Origin: Bacteroidota bacterium
GTDB lineage: Bacteria; Bacteroidota; Bacteroidia; Bacteroidales; B39-G9
Reading direction: 5' to 3'
Assembly: GCA_030592465.1 (NCBI GenBank)
Contig: JAUVJB010000001.1
Coordinates: 1 to 45,776, forward strand
Length of the DNA: 45,776 bases
Shown piece after piece: positions 1 through 6,703 of this stretch. Within the stretch, counting starts at the first letter, position 1; each line of letters begins with the position of its first letter. The notes beneath the pieces are model-generated. The model saw nothing but the letters and a program-made list of their open reading frames with translations, did no database searches and had not been told where the DNA came from. The translations under genes and the position numbers were made by a program.

Positions 1-134
1 ATTTTTAACTCTTTATAAATTTGACGAGAATCTGATGAAATAATACAAGTATCTAATTTCTGTGCAATCTTAACACTTAAATCGGTTTTGCCTATACCTG
101 TTGGGCCTAATATAACAATTAAATTCTTGCTCAT
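1..134 (-). CDS. miaA: tRNA dimethylallyltransferase MiaA, N-terminal fragment (continues beyond the window edge)
   Basis: Reverse-strand translation from the ATG at 134-132 gives [44 protein letters not shown]. The P-loop GPTGxGKT followed by S-DS-x-Q-I/V-Y is the MiaA N-terminal signature. It is absent from the ORF track because it is truncated. Confidence 0.75.
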   Translation of the reverse strand, partial: MSKNLIVILGPTGIGKTDLSVKIAQKLDTCIISSDSRQIYKELK

Positions 135-180
135 TGGTTATATATGGTGGTGATAATGGTTAAAGTTTGTAACTTATATA

Positions 181-205
181 ATAAACGGTTATAATTTTAA
201 CATAT
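181..205. repeat. 25-bp module ATAAACGGTTATAATTTTAACATAT, with an identical copy at 1439-1463 and a core copy at 13855-13868 in opposite orientation
   Basis: Direct string comparison: 25/25 identical between 181-205 and 1439-1463. The core TAAAATTATAACCG reappears reverse-complemented at 13855-13868. Confidence 0.9.
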
Positions 206-220
206 TATAGTCATTAATAG

Positions 221-257
221 ACCGACCTTCCAGTGTCTGAAAGACCTGGAAGAGTCC
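221..257. repeat. Hairpin module splitting the tandem array (stem 227-238 / 242-252, one bulge, GAA loop); related inverted copy at 6520-6556
   Basis: cttccag(t)gtct-gaa-agacctggaag pairs by hand. A gtcattaata unit lies at 210-219 before it and the array resumes at 254. 6520-6556 (ccgacttttccaggtctttcagactctgtaaggtctc) is the reverse-complement relative. Confidence 0.8.
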
Positions 258-552
258 ATTAATTGTCATTGATAGTCATTAAATAGTCATTAATAGTCAT
301 TGATAGTCATTAATAGTCATTAAATAGTCATTAATAGTCATTGATAGTCATTAAATAGTCATTGATAGTCATTAAATAGTCATTAATAGTCATTAATAGT
401 CATTAATAGTCATTAATAGTCATTAATAGTCATTAATAGTCATTAAATAGTCATTGATAGTCATTAATTGTCATTGATAGTCATTAATAGTCATTAATAG
501 TCATTAATAGTCATTAATAGTCATTAATAGTCATTAAATAGTTATGAATGAC
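254..552. repeat. Tandem 10/11-bp minisatellite with core GTCATT; 27 clean units (265-540) plus degenerate end units
   Basis: Hand-parsed units: 14x gtcattaata, 6x gtcattgata, 6x gtcattaaata (11 bp), 1x gtcattaatt. There are runs of 6 and 5 identical units. Degenerate flanking units are gtccattaatt (254) and gttatgaatgac (541). Units are head-to-tail with no spacers. Confidence 0.95.
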
Positions 553-613
553 AGCGAAGCAAATGACGGCAAAGCCAAATGCCCCTATAAACTATTGCTA
601 AAACACTTAAGAA

Positions 614-1423
614 CTAACGATGTAAATCCTTCAAACCTCTCTCATTATCCTTTCCTCGTTTCTTATTTTTATCTTTTAATCTCGCATTTATAATTTTACC
701 AAAACGATAACTCACAAACAATGAAGCAAAATAAAAATCATTATCTTTTGTAGCCATTATCTTAATTTTCTTAGGAAAAACTTCAAACACTGCTCCTATT
801 TCAATGGCATTAACTTTTTCGTCTTTTTTGCTAAACTCAAAACTTGCACCAACTTTTGAATAGATGCCGGGAATTACAGATATTTCGTCAAATCCTTTAA
901 AAAAAGATGCTCGTTCATAAATATCAAAAATACTATGAATTGATGTATTAAATTTCTCTGTTTTGATTTGATAATAGCCTGAATAATTATATACAATTTC
1001 ATAATAAATAGGTTTAAGAATGCCGATAGTGGGACCTGCCGAATAGAAATATCTTATTTCAATACCTCCTTTATCAAGCTTACTATAAAGTCTTTTTTGC
1101 TTACCTAAACCAAGCCGAAGACTATAAAAATTATTTTCTTTACCAAAAACAAAACGTTTTAAATTTGGGTAATACGGATTTGATGTTTTTATCTCTTTTG
1201 GATGTCGAATACCGACAATATCAATATTGTAAATTTTTTTGTTAAAAGCGTCAATCATTTTACCATATTGATAATTTACACCCCATCCATTTGAATTAAG
1301 AAGAAAGCTGTAAGTACTCTCATTTCGTTGGAATATCTTTTGTTCGTCATCAATATCACCTTGAGTAAATGCTACTTGACTAATAGCTGTTAAAAATGCT
1401 AATATTAGTAAATGACGTTTCAT
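614..1423 (-). CDS. Hypothetical secreted protein, probably an outer-membrane beta-barrel
   Basis: ORF 614-1471 trimmed to the MKRHLLILAFLTAISQVAFTQ signal peptide (ATG at 1423). It shows alternating hydrophobic beta-strand patterning and a barrel-like SYRFG near the C-terminus, followed by a basic tail. No family recognised. Confidence 0.65.
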   Translation of the reverse strand: MKRHLLILAFLTAISQVAFTQGDIDDEQKIFQRNESTYSFLLNSNGWGVNYQYGKMIDAFNKKIYNIDIVGIRHPKEIKTSNPYYPNLKRFVFGKENNFYSLRLGLGKQKRLYSKLDKGGIEIRYFYSAGPTIGILKPIYYEIVYNYSGYYQIKTEKFNTSIHSIFDIYERASFFKGFDEISVIPGIYSKVGASFEFSKKDEKVNAIEIGAVFEVFPKKIKIMATKDNDFYFASLFVSYRFGKIINARLKDKNKKRGKDNERGLKDLHR

Positions 1424-1438
1424 AAATATCTGTTTACT

Positions 1439-1831
1439 ATAAACGGTTATAATTTTAACATATATTGTCATTGATTGTCATTAAATAGTCAATAAATAAC
1501 CGAATGACCCTATGAAATATTGCTTTGCAATTTACTCACATCCCTGTCTGCGTGCGGCACGCCTGCCTTTGCCTGCTGCACGCAGACAGGCACAGGCAGG
1601 TTTATCTTATTTTTAAGGTGTTCGTGAAATCGCTTCGCTTCGCTTAGTTCACCCAGTGAAATAATTTTGCGGTGCAAAATTAATCAGACAACTGCCTAAT
1701 TATTTCACGGGGTGAACAGGGCAGGCGGTGAAACAAATGACCACAGTGAAATACCTGATAAATCAGGATTTCACGGAGCAGGCAACAAATGATAAATTAT
1801 ATTACACAAAATATAACCACGCAAAGTATAA
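1439..1831 (+). repeat. Composite intergenic repeat, copy B (25-bp module + GTCATT units + GC-rich hairpin + GTGAAAT/ATTTCAC palindrome cluster + TATAACC-GCAAAGTATA end)
   Basis: It aligns by eye, module by module, with the reverse complement of 13589-13875. Examples: ggtgaaacaaatgaccacagtgaaatacctgataaatcaggatttcacgg vs cgtgaaacaaatgaccctgatgaaataacctgataaatcagaatttcacgg, and caaaatataaccacgcaaagtataa vs caaaatataaccgcacaaagtataa. Its left part matches 181-600. Confidence 0.8.
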
Positions 1832-1982
1832 AAAAAACAAGACTAATCTGTGATGCTTTATTTGTATAATTGAATTAAAATTAAACTCCAACCTTTCTTT
1901 TAATGTCAGGCGATTATAAGTATAGGATAATCTGTAAATTATTTTTTAGATTGAATTTGCGTTAAAAAAAAGTAAAAAAACC

Positions 1983-2108
1983 TTATACAGATTTTTCTAC
2001 TTGTACTGTACTTGCCTGACTATAAGCAGGACATTTTTTTGTACTGCAAGAACTTAAAACCGCAATTAGAATAACAAAAGATGCAAATAATAAAATTTTT
2101 CTTTTCAT
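1983..2108 (-). CDS. Small putative lipoprotein (41 aa), not in the ORF track
   Basis: Reverse-strand ATG at 2108 gives MKRKILLFASFVILIAVLSSCSTKKCPAYSQASTVQVEKSV*. It has a signal peptide with the lipobox LSSC. It lies 90 nt downstream of, and co-oriented with, the O-antigen-ligase-like gene. The short length limits confidence. Confidence 0.45.
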   Translation of the reverse strand: MKRKILLFASFVILIAVLSSCSTKKCPAYSQASTVQVEKSV

Positions 2109-2198
2109 TGTAAAATTATTTAATTTAATAATATAAATATACAAAAAATAAAATATAAAGGCTACAAAAATAATTATAATTTTTATATTTGAAAAATT

Positions 2199-4277
2199 TT
2201 ACTTTTGCAAAAGGAATTTTTCAAACTGTATATTTTTATCCTTTGCTTGATTAAACAAACGTATCAGACTTTTGTCATTCTTTTTTATTTTTAATATTTT
2301 ATCTCGTTTTGCTTCATTATCAATCTTGCTTGCCAAAACATTAATTTTTTTCTGCAAAATAGCTTTTAAAACTATTTTATATTTTGGAGGAACAGCTTTT
2401 TTTGCATCACATCTATAAATAGTATTATATGCTTTTTCGTTTTCGCCTCTGTTAAAATAAACTATTGAGAGATTTACCAAAGCATCTTTAAAATCAGGTG
2501 AAATTTCCAATGCTCTGTTATAATAAATCGCAGACTGTTTATGCTCACCTAATAAATCACAACAAGACGCAAGGTTATTTAAAACTTGAATATGATATGG
2601 ATGGATTGTTAATGCTTTTTCATATTCAACTTTAGCATCGGCAAATTTACCAAGTTGTGATAATGCTACTCCTTTATACCAAGCAACCGGAGTTGCATAA
2701 GGATCAAGTGAATAATAATTCCCTTCTATTTTATCAACATCTTTAATTTCTCTGTACCATCGGCGGGCATATTGGTCTTTTATAACTTTTTTTGTCTGAC
2801 TTTCACCTTTTATTTTCTGATCTGTAATAAAAAAAGCATAAGCTCCTATTGTCAGACTAAAAAATAATAAGATGAATCTATGTTTCTCCTTTAATGTAAT
2901 TAACTTTTTTTCTTTATTATAAAACAAAGACACTATTATTGCAAAACCTGAAAAAACAATGATATTATGCGGAACTCTTTCTTTTGGGAAAGTGAAAAAT
3001 GAAATTACTAAATAACCCAGAATACTTATTGCGATTAAGAAAGATAATAATTTTTCTTTATTGTTATCTGAATTAAAAAAAATTTTAATTGATAGAATCA
3101 AAACAAGAATAAAAGCTGAAAAATAAAAAATAAAACCCATAATTCCTGTTTCACAAAGAACCCAAAGATAATCGTTATGAGTTCGTTGAAAATGTTTTAT
3201 GCCCTGCTCAATTCCTGTTTCAAATCCGTTTAATCCATATTTAGGGATATTTATTCGCCAATTTCCAGTGCCAACTCCAAAAAACGGATTGTCTTTAAAC
3301 ATCTCTAACGATTTGTACCATACAAGAATACGTGTTTGAGCAGTACTGGGATTTTCTCCTTTTAATATTAATTCTTTATTAAAATTATCTTTATTTATTA
3401 TTTGTTCAACCTTTTCCTTGGCAACTGCCAATATTTTTGCATTTGAATATTTTAAAACTAATAATATTAAAACAATACTAATTACAGATACAATTAAACC
3501 ATAAATCATGTAGCGTTGCTTTGATGCATATATAGTTTTTCTGTTTTTTATAAGATATATAACAAATAAAACAAAACCACTAATTACCGAGACTGCTATC
3601 GACACCCAAACAGTTTTGGAAACGAGCATGCCAATAAATCCTAAACTTAAAATTAAGAGAATTATTGATAAATATCTCCAAAACTTTTTAAAGTAAACTA
3701 TTCCGTAAATCACAAAAGGGAAACAAAGAAATAAAGCATTAGAAAATAAATTTTTATTTGCCATTGTCGATTTTACAGAAGTTATAGCTAACACAAAATA
3801 ATAGCCTAAATTTTCTTTATGACTTCTGAAATCTGAAAAATCAACTTTCGATAGCTGAAAAACACCAATTGTTAATATAATGAGTGAAAAAATAATTATT
3901 GATTTAATTAACAATTCAAGCTTAAATCTGTCTCCCTGTATTGTAATAACCACATAAAACAGAAATAATAGAAAAAGTGCTGTTTTAAAAATTTCAAAAA
4001 CACTTTCATAGCCATTAATTGCACCAAAACCGGATATTATAGAAATTAACAAGTAGGCAGACAACAAAGCTAATAACCATCCGGCTTTTCTGCCGAGCTG
4101 AATTTTTTCTTTATTTATTAGCCAAACAACTGATAATAAAATAATTAATATTGATAAAACTAAAACACGCGGCATCAATACTCTATCAATAGTAGATTTA
4201 AAGTATATAATAGGTAAAATTATTGCAATAAAAACACTAATTAATAAAGCACTTTTATTTTTATATATTTCTTTCAT
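2199..4277 (-). CDS. O-antigen ligase (Wzy_C/RfaL) family polytopic membrane protein fused to C-terminal TPR repeats
   Basis: About 12 hydrophobic helices. The periplasmic loop has NPFFGVGTGNW and HNDYLWVLCETGIMGF, typical of the O-antigen ligase family. The C-terminal ~190 aa carry TPR-like repeats (GKFADAKVEYEKALTIHP, GEHKQSAIYYNRALEISP, GENEKAYNTI). Confidence 0.8.
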   Translation of the reverse strand: MKEIYKNKSALLISVFIAIILPIIYFKSTIDRVLMPRVLVLSILIILLSVVWLINKEKIQLGRKAGWLLALLSAYLLISIISGFGAINGYESVFEIFKTALFLLFLFYVVITIQGDRFKLELLIKSIIIFSLIILTIGVFQLSKVDFSDFRSHKENLGYYFVLAITSVKSTMANKNLFSNALFLCFPFVIYGIVYFKKFWRYLSIILLILSLGFIGMLVSKTVWVSIAVSVISGFVLFVIYLIKNRKTIYASKQRYMIYGLIVSVISIVLILLVLKYSNAKILAVAKEKVEQIINKDNFNKELILKGENPSTAQTRILVWYKSLEMFKDNPFFGVGTGNWRINIPKYGLNGFETGIEQGIKHFQRTHNDYLWVLCETGIMGFIFYFSAFILVLILSIKIFFNSDNNKEKLLSFLIAISILGYLVISFFTFPKERVPHNIIVFSGFAIIVSLFYNKEKKLITLKEKHRFILLFFSLTIGAYAFFITDQKIKGESQTKKVIKDQYARRWYREIKDVDKIEGNYYSLDPYATPVAWYKGVALSQLGKFADAKVEYEKALTIHPYHIQVLNNLASCCDLLGEHKQSAIYYNRALEISPDFKDALVNLSIVYFNRGENEKAYNTIYRCDAKKAVPPKYKIVLKAILQKKINVLASKIDNEAKRDKILKIKKNDKSLIRLFNQAKDKNIQFEKFLLQK

Positions 4278-4457
4278 TCTATAATTTTTTACTGTTTTTT
4301 TAAAAAAAATAATTTAAAACAAATGTAAAACATAATTTTAAAAAATTTAATTTTTCTTAATCTTAAATTTGTTTGTTCAAAATTTTTATTCATTTTTGTT
4401 CACTGAAATATAAATTTAGTACTTATCTGTAATGATTTTGACAGGTAATTTTTTTTA

Positions 4458-4608
4458 TTGTTAAATTGTTCTATTGTTGAGTCCGCTCCGAAAAGACTTC
4501 ATAGACGTCATTGTGAAAGCGAAAATCGAAGCAATCTGTTAATAATCAACAAAAGGATTGCTTCTCTGCCAGTTGGCGGATCGTAATGACGAAAAACACT
4601 TTTCAGAG
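4458..4608. repeat. Modular palindromic repeat (TTGTTAAATTGTTCTATTG end + cgtcattg...gaagcaatc / gattgcttc...aatgacg long hairpin)
   Basis: Arms pair by hand: cgtcatt/aatgacg, gaagcaatc/gattgcttc, ccgaaaag/cttttcag(a)g. About 80 bp (4481-4560) recur as a direct repeat at 5517-5598. The 3' half recurs at 13885-13960. Confidence 0.85.
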
Positions 4609-4777
4609 TAGTTTCATAATATAAATTATTTTTATTTGCTTATATATAGCGAATTATCAACAAATTGAGAAATATATAATATTCAATATTTTTAAAAAAA
4701 ATCTGACACTATATAATACAATGTAAGTCTAATATGCCCGATTATCTGCAAGTTAAAAGCAAAAATGAAATGTTGAT

Positions 4778-5473
4778 ATGACTAAAAACAAATTAATGAA
4801 AATTGATTCTGTTATCATAAAAAAGAATATCTATTATTTAATTGATAACAATGGTAGAGTGAAAAAATTCAAACCTTGGCTTGGCGATATTTTTTCATTC
4901 TTATATGACAGAATTATGGAAAAATCTATATTCCCTAAAAAATTTGGTGGGGATATAAACAAGCATTTTGAAATATTAAGAAATGAATTTAAGAGCATTT
5001 GTGATAAAAATATTTTGGAAATAGCAACAGGAAGTGGTAATGCAGTTTATTTTCTAAATCGTGATAATAAATATACAGGAATTGACATAAGTGTCGGTCT
5101 TTTACAAAAGGCATATAAAAGGTTAAAAAAAAATGGATTTAAAAATGTGAAATTATACAATGCTAATGCTTGCAACATCCCTTTTGATGATAATGTTTTT
5201 GACATTGGGATATGTAATTTATCTTTAAATTTTTTCAATGACATTGAAATATTTGTCAAAGAATTAAAAAGAGTATTAAAATCAGAAGCATTTTTTTATT
5301 GTAGCGTTCCAATTCCTGAAAAAAATACAAAAAAAAATAAAATAAGGGGAATTTTATATTCTGAAAGTGAATTGAAAACAATTTTTGAAAGACATAATTT
5401 TCATTTTGAAAGCAAACCATATGAAAATGGAACATTATTATATTTTTCAGCAAGTTTAAGTAAAAATAAATAA
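4778..5473 (+). CDS. Class I SAM-dependent methyltransferase (Methyltransf_11-like)
   Basis: Motif I ILEIATGSGN, post-I GIDIS, and FDIGICNLSLNFF / LKRVLK motifs in canonical order. Confidence 0.85.
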   Translation: MTKNKLMKIDSVIIKKNIYYLIDNNGRVKKFKPWLGDIFSFLYDRIMEKSIFPKKFGGDINKHFEILRNEFKSICDKNILEIATGSGNAVYFLNRDNKYTGIDISVGLLQKAYKRLKKNGFKNVKLYNANACNIPFDDNVFDIGICNLSLNFFNDIEIFVKELKRVLKSEAFFYCSVPIPEKNTKKNKIRGILYSESELKTIFERHNFHFESKPYENGTLLYFSASLSKNK

Positions 5474-5516
5474 ACTAATAACAAAAAAAACTGTACACAC
5501 GCTATAATATATATAA

Positions 5517-5681
5517 GTCCCCTATGAAAGGACTTCATAGACGTCATTGTGTGGGAGAAAATCGAAGCAATCTGTTGATAATCAACATAAAAAGATTGTC
5601 AAACTGTGAGATTACTCCGAAACAATTTTTAGCCGATTAATAAATTTTCGGAATGAACTCAGCAATAGAACAATTTAACAA
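5517..5681. repeat. Modular repeat, partner of 4458-4608, ending in CAATAGAACAATTTAACAA
   Basis: 5517-5598 is a direct copy of 4481-4560 (gtccSct..gacttcatagacgtcattgtg..gaaaatcgaagcaatctgttRataatcaaca..gattg). 5663-5681 is the exact reverse complement of 4458-4476 (19/19). Confidence 0.85.
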
Positions 5682-5717
5682 TATAGCAATTTAATAATTT
5701 AACAATTTAATAAATTT

Positions 5718-6464
5718 ATGATGCAGACAATATTAAATCACCGTTCAATAAGAAAATATAAAAATATTACTATTGATGACAATACTTTAAATGAAATACT
5801 TAACGCAGGCATAAGAGCTTCAAATACAGGCAATATGCAAACATACAGTATTGTTGTTACAAAAAATGAAGATATAAAAAAACAACTTTGGGAGGTTCAT
5901 TTTAAACAAGATATGGTTTTGCAAGCGCCGGTTATTTTAACATTTTGTGCAGATATAAACCGTTTTAGTAAATGGTGCAACTTGCGAAATGCAGAACCCG
6001 GATATGATAATTTTCTTTGGCTTTATAATGCTACTATTGATGCAATTCTTGCTTCTCAAAACATTGTATTAGCTGCCGAAAATAAAGGTCTCGGAATTTG
6101 CTATTTAGGCACCACAACATATATGGCTGATAAAATTGTTGATATTCTTAAATTGCCAAAAGGCGTTGTCCCTGTAACCTCAATTACTTTGGGTTATGCT
6201 GATGAAAATCCCGAATTAACAGACCGTTTACCTTTAAGCGGCGTTATTCACAACGATACTTATAACGATTACTCTGACGGCGATATAAATAAAATTTATA
6301 AAGAAAAAGAAAATTTAAAAGAGACTATCGACCTTATTGAAGAAAACAAAACTCAAAACCTTGCTCAAATTTTCACTCAAAAACGTTACACAAAAAAAGA
6401 CAATGTACTTTTCTCTAATCAATTTTTAAAAGTATTAGAAAAACAAGGCTTTATGAATCAATGA
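5718..6464 (+). CDS. NAD(P)H nitroreductase family protein (NfsA-like)
   Basis: N-terminal LNHRSIRKY motif, an internal GLGICYLG segment, and length and overall pattern typical of oxygen-insensitive nitroreductases. Confidence 0.8.
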   Translation: MMQTILNHRSIRKYKNITIDDNTLNEILNAGIRASNTGNMQTYSIVVTKNEDIKKQLWEVHFKQDMVLQAPVILTFCADINRFSKWCNLRNAEPGYDNFLWLYNATIDAILASQNIVLAAENKGLGICYLGTTTYMADKIVDILKLPKGVVPVTSITLGYADENPELTDRLPLSGVIHNDTYNDYSDGDINKIYKEKENLKETIDLIEENKTQNLAQIFTQKRYTKKDNVLFSNQFLKVLEKQGFMNQ

Positions 6465-6703
6465 ATAGAGTTTGATGTTTAGAGTTTAAAGTTTAAAGTT
6501 TACGCCAAGTCGCTAAAATCCGACTTTTCCAGGTCTTTCAGACTCTGTAAGGTCTCAACAATATAACCATTTAACCATTTAACAATTTTTATAATCTGAA
6601 TAATAAAATTTTATCTATTTTAAGGTTCTGTAACGAAATAACTATCTTTGTAAACAATTACAATTTTTCATACTTTTAATACCTTAATTGAACTCAAAAA
6701 AAA

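Noticed and set aside
254-552. Possible CRISPR array
   Set aside because: Units are 10-11 bp and strictly head-to-tail with no unique spacers, and no cas genes or leader are present. This is a minisatellite.
1424-1471. N-terminal extensions in the ORF track (also 9528-9560, 32389-32403, 35877-35903)
   Set aside because: In each case an internal ATG starts a canonical signal peptide or the conserved family N-terminus. The extensions run into repeat or promoter DNA.
1500-1800. tRNA or other canonical RNA gene in the GC-rich islands (also 13570-13980, 35560-35660, 37380-37660)
   Set aside because: I could not fit a cloverleaf or a GGTTCGAAT-type T-loop. The segments are multi-copy repeat modules. 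A structured sRNA cannot be excluded without covariance-model scans.
5047-5453. Two antisense ORFs (70 and 65 aa) inside the methyltransferase gene
   Set aside because: They lie opposite a CDS with intact SAM-MTase motifs, and their sequence is low-complexity.
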